Origin: an uncultured Syntrophaceae bacterium
GTDB lineage: Bacteria > Desulfobacterota > Syntrophia > Syntrophales > UBA8958
Assembly (NCBI GenBank): GCA_964645835.1
Contig: CAZYDG010000072.1
Coordinates: 6,582 to 70,581 of the forward strand
DNA length: 64,000 bases
Direction of reading: 5' to 3'
Under the pieces are notes generated by a model. The model ran no database searches. It worked only from the letters and a program-made list of their open reading frames with translations, and was not told the DNA's origin. The position numbers and the translations under genes were made by a program. Positions 1 through 7,734 of this stretch are shown here, piece by piece; within the stretch, counting starts at the first letter, position 1, and each line of letters starts with the position of its first letter.

Positions 1-188
1 TTAAATTCGCCATTTATAATCATGGCCACCATGGCGAACAACTGGCTCATGTCGATGCCGGTGCCGGTGACTCCGCAATCGCGTGCCCAGGTGCATAGCA
101 TCTCCCCCGAACCACTGCCGAGGTCGAGCACTCGACTCCCCTTTTCCAGACGCAACGCTGTGCAGATCGAGCCGCATGAAGAGGTCAA
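1..188 (-). CDS. class I SAM-dependent methyltransferase, N-terminal part only (continues past window start)
   Basis: This minus-strand frame is absent from the ORF track because it has no stop inside the window. It reads LRLEKGSRVLDLGSGSGEMLCTWARDCGVTGTGIDMSQLF, the glycine-rich motif I of Rossmann-fold methyltransferases. An in-frame TAA at 192-194 leaves only TTG 186-188 as a start, about 16 codons before motif I. The N-terminus may therefore be truncated. Confidence 0.45.
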   Translation of the reverse strand, partial: MTSSCGSICTALRLEKGSRVLDLGSGSGEMLCTWARDCGVTGTGIDMSQLFAMVAMIINGEF

Positions 189-407
189 TTTTTACCTCAT
201 TGCCGAGGTTTCCGGTATAGGTCCACCGGATGTTATGGCTGCTCCCCGCTTCCCAGGTATCGCCTGCCTTGGGTGCGGTGATATTGATGGCACCTGGGGT
301 GCCACCGCTGGTATAGCGGGAACCAGAGATAAACCGGCAGATACCATGGCTAGACCGATCAGCAACGCACGTTCAGATTCGCTGCTTGTTCCGGAGGGAC
401 TTCTCAT
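189..407 (-). pseudogene. frameshifted 5' fragment of a secreted protein with an Ig-like repeat
   Basis: From ATG at 407 one frame gives a signal-peptide-like MRSPSGTSSESERALLIGLAMVSAGLSLV. A second frame continues TPGAINITAPKAGDTWEAGSSHNIRWTYTGNLGNEVKIDLF. That pattern recalls the N-terminal beta-sandwich repeat of Ser/Thr-rich secreted proteins (Kre9/KNH-like). The coding signal stops abruptly at about 189, where the methyltransferase frame begins. Confidence 0.3.
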
Positions 408-438
408 TTTACCTGTCTTATTTTTAATTTGCTTGTCC

Positions 439-972
439 TCATACTTTGGGTTCTTCCATTGACTGTTTCCGAATAAAAAGTGTCTCATCTTCCGATATCC
501 CAAGTGCGAGCAGAAACTGGTGGTGTGCCTCCGGTGCTCTGTGCTCAAACGCTGAGTGCCACTTTCTCATGGCAGCTTCATCCATACCTGCGGCACGAAG
601 CATTTCAATCCAAGCCTGCTTATCAACAGTAACTGGTAGTTCTCCTAGCGAATTAATCTGCAGCATTTTACCAAGCAAATGCTGTTGGGTCTGCAAGGTG
701 CGGATTTCTTCTCCCAGTTCACGCATACGCCGCTGCAAAACCACTCTATTAGCATCTTCTTTCGTGGATAAGATGCGACGAATATCTTCGATGGTCAATC
801 CTGCCTTACGAAAACTGCAGATTGCCGCCAACGTGTCCCGGTCTGCCAGTGAATATAGGCGATAGCCTGCCTCACTTCGTCCCGAAGGTGTTAATAATCC
901 AATGTGGTCGTAATAGAGCAAAGTGCTCCGCGAAAGGCCATATTTTCGTGCAAGTTCGGTAATTAGAAACAT
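439..972 (-). CDS. MerR-family transcriptional regulator (not the Hg-sensing type)
   Basis: The N-terminal HTH reads ITELARKYGLSRSTLLYYDHIGLLTPSGRSEAGYRLY, followed by a coiled-coil dimerisation helix. Only one Cys is present, so the MerR Hg(II) Cys triad is absent. ATG 972 was chosen because GAGG lies 6 nt upstream; the ORF itself is open to 1008. Confidence 0.85.
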   Translation of the reverse strand: MFLITELARKYGLSRSTLLYYDHIGLLTPSGRSEAGYRLYSLADRDTLAAICSFRKAGLTIEDIRRILSTKEDANRVVLQRRMRELGEEIRTLQTQQHLLGKMLQINSLGELPVTVDKQAWIEMLRAAGMDEAAMRKWHSAFEHRAPEAHHQFLLALGISEDETLFIRKQSMEEPKV

Positions 973-1001
973 CAACATCCTCGTTTTTTTAAGAATGAAT
1001 A

Positions 1002-1022
1002 CCCCCAATGATTCACTGGGGG
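1002..1022 (-). terminator. hairpin after the MerB-like gene
   Basis: The minus strand reads CCCCCA-GTGAATCAT-TGGGGG followed by the U-rich TATTCATTCTT. It lies between the MerB-like stop (1066) and the merR-like start. Confidence 0.4.
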
Positions 1023-1065
1023 CATTCTTGTTCGAATCTGGTTTATCGGACTCTCTTCTGACCGA

Positions 1066-1812
1066 TTACCGGAATGCAAAAAGGGCGGACTGGACTATCC
1101 GGTCGAAGAATGCCCCCTGTTCAAGCGTATAGAAGTTGCCATCCGGGTTTGTCAGGACAGCGCGGTGACTCTTGGCATGCTCTTCTGAACAGAAGAACTG
1201 GGATTTGTGTCAGAATGCGCCGATGATGCTCGGATCTGTGAGCGTTCCAAAGTCCACGAAGGGGTGGAAGAGCAATGGCTCAGAGCTTCCCGCGATGAGT
1301 TGGTATCCGAAATCGCTGTCCATCTCAAAGGTCAGGGGCGCGCCGCAATAGGCACAGGATGATTCGACCGTGACGAGGAGAGGTTCCTCCCGTAAGCGCC
1401 CTTGCACGAAGGGCGTTGCAATTGCGTCGATCGCTCAGGCGGCATACATACTTTCGCCTGTGCTGAAGTGGACTCGGTGTGGCGTGGGATCAACCGTCAC
1501 CGGATAAGCCCAAGCAACGTCCCCTTGTCCGTTCCGAAACAGAAATGTCATGTGTTTTTCCAGTTCGTCCAGAATGACCTTTGTCCGCGTAGCTTTCAGA
1601 TTTAGGGATTCGGCGATGAATTTTGTCGTGAGCGGCAACCCAACCCGAGGAAGCTCACGGACGGCGAAATTGCGTACCCTGTGATGCTCCTGTGTCATGA
1701 AGATCAGTCCGTCCACAACTTGGCCGACCACGGCAGTCAGCCCATCTTTCCAATCCTTCAGAGGAATTTCCTTAAAAATCTTGCCATTTGCCATTAGGAT
1801 CGTATCTTTCAT
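1066..1812 (-). CDS. MerB-like (alkylmercury lyase family) protein with two in-frame UGA codons, candidate di-selenocysteine protein (248 codons)
   Basis: ATG 1812 has AAGGAG 7 nt upstream. Track ORFs 1435..1893 and 1210..1407, plus an untracked 47-codon tail, share one frame interrupted only by TGA at 1435-1437 and TGA at 1210-1212. The true stop is TAA at 1066-1068. Around the TGAs the product reads MYAA-U-AIDAI (MerB: YAWC96ALD99) and IIGAF-U-HKSQFFCSEEHAKSH (MerB: SFC159CHVHFFASVPTAEDWASKH). SSCAYCGAPLTF matches MerB SSHCAATGAPVSL. The tail GNFYTLEQGAFFDRIV resembles MerB LAIVSVHEAFGLGQEF. Confidence 0.75.
1179..1198 (-). promoter_or_regulatory. putative bacterial SECIS hairpin for UGA-2
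   Basis: GUUCUUC-UGUUCA-GAAGAGC forms a 7-bp stem (one G-U pair) with a hexaloop containing GUU. It starts 11 nt after TGA 1210-1212. Confidence 0.5.
1397..1415 (-). promoter_or_regulatory. putative bacterial SECIS hairpin for UGA-1
   Basis: CGCCCTT-CGTGC-AAGGGCG forms a perfect 7-bp stem with a G/U-containing 5-nt loop. It starts 19 nt after TGA 1435-1437. Confidence 0.55.
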
Positions 1813-1999
1813 AAAACGGCTCCTTTCTTGTGATGAAAGCAAAGCTAAAGTATGAAGTAATAGACAGGTCAAGAAAAAAGTTTTATCACTCAAAATTCAC
1901 TTATTTTTATGGCCAAACGATAATATTAGCCGGAGCGCAGCGATCGGCTGGATTGCCTTCCGTCCATTCCCCGCTGTGTTTTTCCTGCATTCGGGAAAT

Positions 2000-2029
2000 A
2001 AAAAAAAGGCGAATGTGAGAGCATCCGCC
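2000..2029 (-). terminator. rho-independent terminator ending the AT-rich cassette
   Basis: The minus strand reads GGCGGATG-CTCTCA-CATTCGCC followed by TTTTTTTT. It begins 14 nt after the stop of ORF 2043..2297. Confidence 0.7.
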
Positions 2030-2042
2030 CAGACCTCGATCG

Positions 2043-2297
2043 TCATTTGTTTTCGCCTTTCTTCTTTCGTCGTCCCAAAAAATTGAAGAAGACATAATAA
2101 AATACAAGCATCAACGCGATAAAGCCCAAAAACCGAATCTCCATTAAGCGACTTAAAAGCTTATCCTGTCCATCTTGATCAGGTAAGTGATTCCAGACGA
2201 GGTAAAGCAACATAAAAGAGAAGCCTATATATGCAATTTTAAAATATTTATTCATTCTATCTTTGACCTGATTTGATAGTTTCAAAGTCAATGTCAA
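2043..2297 (-). CDS. small two-TM membrane protein with basic C-terminal tail
   Basis: Two hydrophobic helices are present (YFKIAYIGFSFMLLYLVWNHL and IRFLGFIALMLVFYYVFFNFLG), followed by RRKKKGENK. A strong terminator follows the gene. The start is uncertain: TTG 2297 or ATG 2255. Confidence 0.55.
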   Translation of the reverse strand: MTLTLKLSNQVKDRMNKYFKIAYIGFSFMLLYLVWNHLPDQDGQDKLLSRLMEIRFLGFIALMLVFYYVFFNFLGRRKKKGENK

Positions 2298-2314
2298 TAA
2301 GTGGAATCGATCGC

Positions 2315-4441
2315 TTATGTTATATTCTGTGAGTCATACAAATGAATGGCATCGTCAAGCTTCTTTCTGAGAATCCTTGCATGAAATGCTGTGTCAAGAC
2401 CGAGTTCAGCGCGGATTTCACGGCGGCGTAGAGCGCTTTTCCGGTATCCCAGAAAAGTAGAACTATCTCTGGGTTCTGGCGGTTCCTTTACTTTCCTGTA
2501 CAATGCCACATATGCTTTGCTGGGAACATGCCCAGATGCAATAGCCGATTCCAATCTTGCATCTGCAAGCAGACTTTCGACAATATTGGTCTCGAACTGA
2601 TCGGAATTGATTTGAGGATTGAAAAAGGATGATATGAGTTGTTGCCGTTCCTTTTCATTGAGTCTGTATTCATTTGCCAGAATAGCAAGATTTTGAACCG
2701 TATATATGTCATCCGTATCCAAAACCGGATTCAATAAATTGCGAATATGTCCTAAAAGCTCTTGTGGCACGGCATCATTTCTGCGGTAATAATTGACATC
2801 GACCTGGCTTAGCTTAACTTCCAAAGCAAGCCGTTCAATTAAATTACGCGTGATATTACCTTTCGTATTCTGATGCCAGAAGATCCGAATACCGCTATGC
2901 CTCCACCAGTCTATCATAATATCGGGGTCCCGAATTCCCTCTTCCTGAGTTACCAGGGTATCGATTAGTTTCGTGATGATTCCTGGAAGCGTATAGGGGA
3001 TGTCCGAATCAGTCGGCTTTGTGTGCATTTCAACAAATCGGCTGACATCGTACTGCTTTTCAGGAAAAACCAGAGCAGGGTGGAGATAGGTTGCCAATGC
3101 CTTTCTGGATCCATCCGTTCTTGATTTTGAATCTGTAACTTCGCAAACCATTGCGGCGACGGGCGCCCCAAAGCGCAGTTTAACCTTTTCGGCACTCTGA
3201 TCGTACCCGATGACAAACTGTTGGCCGTCTTCCACGATGTCATGCAAAATAGCTACAGTCGCCATGACAGGTGAAAATGAGGTGCCCATTACCTCCGCGA
3301 CAATTCCGGCAACACGTAATGCATGAGCCAGCATCGTAGCATTGCCCTTTCGCCGGCCCCTATCAAGATGGCGCATCGATTCCAACGCTGCGACGTGTAA
3401 TGTGCCAAGTGAATTAGGCGCCTCAGTGGCATTGTAATATTCCATGATGGGAAGATTTACATGAACGTCATGAAGGGCTTTTCCTCGCCTGCCGCACAGG
3501 CGCTTACGCTTATCAGTGTCAGTAAGCGCATCGCCAACTGCCGTCATCAATGTACTGGTCAACGGTTCACGGATGGTTTTATAATCCACTCCTTTCAGTT
3601 TAAGCGCAGCTTTCGCCTTGAGAAAATCATGCTCGAGGTATCGCCTTTCAGGGAAATCCCCGTCTGGTTCGATGCCTCTTTCACGAAGCTCCATTTTTTT
3701 CTCTTCATCTAACGTGCTGAAAATCGCATCACCCGCGGCACGAGCAGTCAGGCGCAGCGTGGACACCATTATGGCTGCAATTGCATTTGCATAGTCGCCT
3801 GGAATCTCAAGTGAGGAGACGGTTCCATTTTCATAAGCATCATTAAATAATTCGAGATACCTCAAGAGTTCTTTGAGATGCTGCAGGACGTTTTCTCCGA
3901 AATATTCACGAATGTAAGAGTCGTCTACCTTCTTATATTCACTTGGCAGCAAGGCCGAAAATCTGTCCTCTTTCCCTGCCGTGTAATGAATTATTGTGGC
4001 AATGATCAGATCATTGTCGATTGAGCACGATTTAATATTATCTCCAAACATTCGTGCACCACAGAGAATGGCCCCTGAAAGCACAGCTGCATTGATCAGA
4101 GGTTCCAGTTTCGATAATCTATTTGTGTTAATAGTGATGCGACTCGCGATTCTCTTAAGATCAGAATCGGTAATATTGATTTCCTGAAGATCTATTGACT
4201 CGTCTGGATATAATTCAGTTTTGAGAATATCTCGTCCGACAACCGTATTCCATGTCTGAGACGGGATATCATTGATTGGTACATTCTTCTCAATTTCGCT
4301 TTTCACCCAATCTCGTGTAACGGCTCCGACTATTATTCGATGATTATCAATAGTTGATGCCAATAGATGATATGCTCGTAAAAGCTTCTTTTCGTCTGTG
4401 AGTATATTGTCTGTCGAAGGCATAATCAGAATGATGACCAT
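2315..4441 (-). CDS. large protein of unknown function with a central SpoT/Mesh1-type HD (HD_4-like) nucleotide pyrophosphohydrolase domain
   Basis: The centre of this 708-aa ORF reads HALRVAGIVAEVMG...VMATVAILHDIVEDG...LRFGAPVAAMVCEVTDSKS. That matches the H..RVA / LHD.VED / FG..VA.LV..VT signature of RelA/SpoT-type hydrolase domains. I do not recognise the ~370 N-terminal or ~200 C-terminal residues. The region is visibly AT-richer than its flanks. Confidence 0.7.
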   Translation of the reverse strand: MVIILIMPSTDNILTDEKKLLRAYHLLASTIDNHRIIVGAVTRDWVKSEIEKNVPINDIPSQTWNTVVGRDILKTELYPDESIDLQEINITDSDLKRIASRITINTNRLSKLEPLINAAVLSGAILCGARMFGDNIKSCSIDNDLIIATIIHYTAGKEDRFSALLPSEYKKVDDSYIREYFGENVLQHLKELLRYLELFNDAYENGTVSSLEIPGDYANAIAAIMVSTLRLTARAAGDAIFSTLDEEKKMELRERGIEPDGDFPERRYLEHDFLKAKAALKLKGVDYKTIREPLTSTLMTAVGDALTDTDKRKRLCGRRGKALHDVHVNLPIMEYYNATEAPNSLGTLHVAALESMRHLDRGRRKGNATMLAHALRVAGIVAEVMGTSFSPVMATVAILHDIVEDGQQFVIGYDQSAEKVKLRFGAPVAAMVCEVTDSKSRTDGSRKALATYLHPALVFPEKQYDVSRFVEMHTKPTDSDIPYTLPGIITKLIDTLVTQEEGIRDPDIMIDWWRHSGIRIFWHQNTKGNITRNLIERLALEVKLSQVDVNYYRRNDAVPQELLGHIRNLLNPVLDTDDIYTVQNLAILANEYRLNEKERQQLISSFFNPQINSDQFETNIVESLLADARLESAIASGHVPSKAYVALYRKVKEPPEPRDSSTFLGYRKSALRRREIRAELGLDTAFHARILRKKLDDAIHLYDSQNIT

Positions 4442-4449
4442 CTGATGTC

Positions 4450-4680
4450 TCAGTGCTTTCTTTGCATCTTATGTTCTGCAAATTCTGGGGCAGCAATTTT
4501 GGGACAGATTATGTAAGCAAAAATTTCCACTATATTTGAGATTATGATGCGTCTGAAACAACAACACGAGAAAAGAAACAATTGAAATCGCAACGCAATA
4601 TTGCATACGAACCAAATATTATCAAGTAAAAAACTTATCGTAATCTTCGTATTCATAATCAATATTGAAAATAAATCCAT
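4450..4680 (-). CDS. possible small hydrophobic, Cys-rich protein at the head of the cassette
   Basis: This 76-aa ORF (ITISFLLDNIWFVCNIALRFQLFLFSCCCF) stops 8 nt before the ATG of the HD protein. It has no clear RBS and could be a chance ORF in AT-rich DNA. Confidence 0.25.
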   Translation of the reverse strand: MDLFSILIMNTKITISFLLDNIWFVCNIALRFQLFLFSCCCFRRIIISNIVEIFAYIICPKIAAPEFAEHKMQRKH

Positions 4681-4924
4681 ATTAATTCACCGATAATTCG
4701 TCATAGCAAGTATTCACAAAAGAAATTATATAGTGAGAAATCTATAATCTTAAAGAGCAAGCGGGCCAGATACTCATGATCAGATTGGGTATCCCTGTAA
4801 TAATTTGTTTGGGCCATAGCTGGTTTTCCTTCAAGAAGCATTATGGGTTGAAACATTCAGCCCTTTTAAATGACATTTCTTAGATAACGGCCGGACGAGT
4901 TCCTTCCTTTGAGGAGAGATTCAT

Positions 4925-5161
4925 ATGACCAGTTCATCTTGTACTCATCAAAAACTTCTTGAAGAGAACGCATATTATAAGAAGAGAATCCTGGAGCTTG
5001 AGGAATCTGAATCAAAACGCATCCAATTGGAGGAGGCACTGAAGGATCGCGAAAATCAGTATCGCTTTCTTTACCGGACAAGTCGGAAAGCGCGGTTCTG
5101 TCTATGGTTGCAAAATAAAGACGGCAACGGCTGCTATCGGTATTCGCGGTACTATCTTTGA
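4925..5161 (+). CDS. small coiled-coil protein or N-terminal remnant of a sensor
   Basis: GAGGAGAG lies 5 nt upstream of the ATG. LEENAYYKKRILELEESESKRIQLEEALKDRENQYRFLY resembles the coiled-coil-to-PAS junction of sensor proteins. The downstream sequence loses any PAS-like character. Confidence 0.35.
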   Translation: MTSSSCTHQKLLEENAYYKKRILELEESESKRIQLEEALKDRENQYRFLYRTSRKARFCLWLQNKDGNGCYRYSRYYL

Positions 5162-5218
5162 AGTTAAAATATGAAAAACATACTTGCATGCGGGAAAATA
5201 AATTAAGGAGGCCTTTTC

Positions 5219-7393
5219 TTGCATAAGAGGGCAAAGAACAAATTTGATACGTTCATGGAGATTGTAACCCGGATAAACACCGACATCGATCTCAACGAGA
5301 CTCTTTCCCTCATCATGAGAGGTGCCAAGCAACTCATGAAATCCGAAGCCAGTTCTCTGATGCTCATTGATCATGAGACCAAGGAGCTTTATTTCAATGT
5401 CGCCACAGGTGAAAAAGGAGACATCCTCAAAGAGACAAGATTTCCCCTGGATAAAGGAGTTGCAGGGCTTGTTGCCGCCACGGGGGAAGGCCTGATTATC
5501 AACCATGCTGAAAGCGACCCTCGTATCTATCGCCATGTGGATCAGCTAACAAGCTTTTCCACCCGTAATCTGATCTGCGTTCCCCTTGTTGTAGAGGATT
5601 GCGTCATCGGCGTCCTGGAAGTGCTCAACAAGATCAATCATGATGATTACAACACATTTGACCTTAAAACACTCAAGTCTTTCTCTGAATTTGCCGCTTT
5701 AGCGATCAATCAGCGTAATCTCTATGAAATGATGGAAAAAAAGGCTTATGAAACATCCGTCTTGTATCGTCTCAGTGAAACGATCAACGAATGCGATACG
5801 ATTGATGACCTGCTCAAAGAAAATATACGCATTGTCTGCGAAGCCCTTGAATCAGATAGAGTTTCCATAATCACCAAAGAACGCGGAGGTTTTGTATTCA
5901 AGGCCTCCGTAGGCATTCCACGAGGAATTCTAAATAACAGAAAAGGAACTGTCAGAGGGAATGTGCTGGAATATATGATGCGTATGCAATGCGGGGTTGT
6001 TGTTCCTGATATTCATGAAGACCCTCGTTTTAAAATGAATGCCTCTGCGCGGTACAAGAACAATTCTTTCGTGGCCGCTCCTTTAAAATTGAAGAATAAA
6101 ATTGTAGCTTTCATTTGCGTGACGGAACGTAAGAAAAAAATTCCCTATCAACAATGGGACTTGCGTCTTCTGGAAATGATTGCCCAACAGATAATGGAGA
6201 ACTACAGTCATTCGCGGCTTACAGAGGAATTCAAAAACAAGCAGAAAATGGAAGCTGAATTGGCAATAACAGCCCGAATGCAGCAAGATATTCTGCCCAG
6301 GAAATTTCCTGCCGATGGGCGGCTGGATATTGCGGCAAGCACCATCCCCGCGAAAACAGTTGGTGGTGATTTTTATGATTTTGTCACGCTCGGTCAAGGA
6401 AAATACGGCATCATCATTGCCGATGTAGCCGGGAAAGGAATCCCTGCCGGGCTGTTTATGGCCATTTCCCGCAGCACGATCAGAGTTCATTTCTCTCATA
6501 CCCACAGCCCTGCGAAAATATTGGAGCTGGCCAATGAACATATCGTTGCTGATTCCCGTAACGGAATATTCGTTACGTGCTTCTGCTGCATACTCGATAC
6601 TCAAAAAAAGAAGATTACCTACGCGAGTGCAGGCCATAACCACCCCCTTTGGTACAAGAGAAGGACAAATGAGATTAAACCACTAACATCGAAGGGAATA
6701 GCTCTCGGCGTTATACAACCGATCAACCTTCAGGAACACGAAATCACCTTATCCTGTGGGGATGTCCTGGTCCTGTATACAGACGGTGTTACGGATGCGG
6801 TCAACAACAAGTTTGAAGAGTATGGTGAAAGACGACTGAGAACGAGAATCCGTAGCGTTACAGGATTCTGTTCCGACAACATCATGAAGCTTATCATCGA
6901 TGACATTAACAATCACCAGGGAACGGCCGAACCTTTTGATGACATCACCCTTATGGTCATCACGTTGAAGGATCAACAAAAGATTGAAGCGAAGTTTCAC
7001 GTTGACAGTCGGCTGCAGAATATAAGGGTAATAATGGATGAGGCTGATCGCATCTTGAATAAGGTGAATGCTGGTAAAGAACAATCCTCTGATGTGCTGA
7101 CAGCTATTGACGAGGCATTTGCAAATATTGTCCGTCATGGTTACGAAAACCGTCTTGATGGCAGAATTAACATAGAAATGGGGATGGATGGGGATGTCTT
7201 TTGTATCACATTTACGGATGAGGCTAAACGGTGTAACACGTCACCGCCTCATCCCGTGATGGGCAGGGCGTTGCTTGATAAAAAGGGAAGTCTCGGCATC
7301 GGCAGATATTTGATTCACAGCTTGATGGACGATGTTCAGTATGAACGGATAGGAATCCAAAATCGCTTGATCATAAGAAAGAAGATCGCATAG
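5219..7393 (+). CDS. GAF-GAF-PP2C (SpoIIE/RsbU-type) serine phosphatase fused to an RsbW/SpoIIAB-like HATPase domain
   Basis: Two GAF-like segments are present (LMLIDHETKELYF..GVAG; VVVPDIHEDPRF). PP2C motifs are GGDFYDF, IADVAGKGIPAG and LYTDGVTDA. The C-terminus AIDEAFANIVRHGYE...GSLGIGRYLI is typical of anti-sigma-factor kinases. The start is TTG, with AAGGAGG 8 nt upstream. Confidence 0.85.
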   Translation: MHKRAKNKFDTFMEIVTRINTDIDLNETLSLIMRGAKQLMKSEASSLMLIDHETKELYFNVATGEKGDILKETRFPLDKGVAGLVAATGEGLIINHAESDPRIYRHVDQLTSFSTRNLICVPLVVEDCVIGVLEVLNKINHDDYNTFDLKTLKSFSEFAALAINQRNLYEMMEKKAYETSVLYRLSETINECDTIDDLLKENIRIVCEALESDRVSIITKERGGFVFKASVGIPRGILNNRKGTVRGNVLEYMMRMQCGVVVPDIHEDPRFKMNASARYKNNSFVAAPLKLKNKIVAFICVTERKKKIPYQQWDLRLLEMIAQQIMENYSHSRLTEEFKNKQKMEAELAITARMQQDILPRKFPADGRLDIAASTIPAKTVGGDFYDFVTLGQGKYGIIIADVAGKGIPAGLFMAISRSTIRVHFSHTHSPAKILELANEHIVADSRNGIFVTCFCCILDTQKKKITYASAGHNHPLWYKRRTNEIKPLTSKGIALGVIQPINLQEHEITLSCGDVLVLYTDGVTDAVNNKFEEYGERRLRTRIRSVTGFCSDNIMKLIIDDINNHQGTAEPFDDITLMVITLKDQQKIEAKFHVDSRLQNIRVIMDEADRILNKVNAGKEQSSDVLTAIDEAFANIVRHGYENRLDGRINIEMGMDGDVFCITFTDEAKRCNTSPPHPVMGRALLDKKGSLGIGRYLIHSLMDDVQYERIGIQNRLIIRKKIA

Positions 7394-7401
7394 GGGGGGA
7401 G

Positions 7402-7734
7402 ATGGATCTGCAGGTCATGGATTGCAACGATGTCAAAATCTTCATGTTTAAAGGCAGGCTGGATATCAGCCGCAGCATGGAAATTGAAGAAGAGCTTTAC
7501 CGCGCTATAGATTGCGGCAGCTTTAAACTGATACTGGATTTGGGAAATATTGACTGCCTCAGTTCCAGCGGGCTCAGGATCTTCATTTCTGTCTTGAGCA
7601 GGTTAAAAGAAAAAAATGGCCGCTTGGGGATATGCAACATACCGCCGCACATATTCAAAGTTTTCAATGTGGTCGGTCTTGATGAAATCTTTGAAATTTA
7701 CGATAGCGCAGATCATGCAATTGCATGCTTTTAA
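7402..7734 (+). CDS. STAS-domain anti-sigma-factor antagonist (RsbV/SpoIIAA-like)
   Basis: This 110-aa ORF reads LDLGNIDCLSSSGLRIFISVL and GLDEIFEIY, and carries the conserved phosphorylatable Ser context. It lies immediately downstream of the phosphatase/kinase fusion. Confidence 0.85.
   Translation: MDLQVMDCNDVKIFMFKGRLDISRSMEIEEELYRAIDCGSFKLILDLGNIDCLSSSGLRIFISVLSRLKEKNGRLGICNIPPHIFKVFNVVGLDEIFEIYDSADHAIACF

Noticed and set aside
22-462. 146-aa plus-strand ORF at the window start, and the overlapping 118-aa minus ORF 192..548 taken as an intact gene
   Set aside because: The composition is not protein-like. The region is better explained by minus-strand fragments in three frames: a methyltransferase motif, an Ig-like repeat and a signal peptide.
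1029-1040. GTTCGAATC motif suggestive of a tRNA T-arm
   Set aside because: The surrounding sequence cannot form a cloverleaf. It lies in the short spacer between the MerB-like stop and its terminator.
4866-5234. 122-aa minus-strand ORF between the AT-rich cassette and the phosphatase gene
   Set aside because: It is antisense to a better-supported small plus-strand ORF with an RBS, and it overlaps the phosphatase start. It has no motifs.
4925-7393. Possible read-through or selenocysteine link between ORF 4925..5161 and the phosphatase ORF 5219..7393 (same frame)
   Set aside because: Three stop codons (TGA, TAA, TAA) lie between them, and the intervening sequence is not coding-like.
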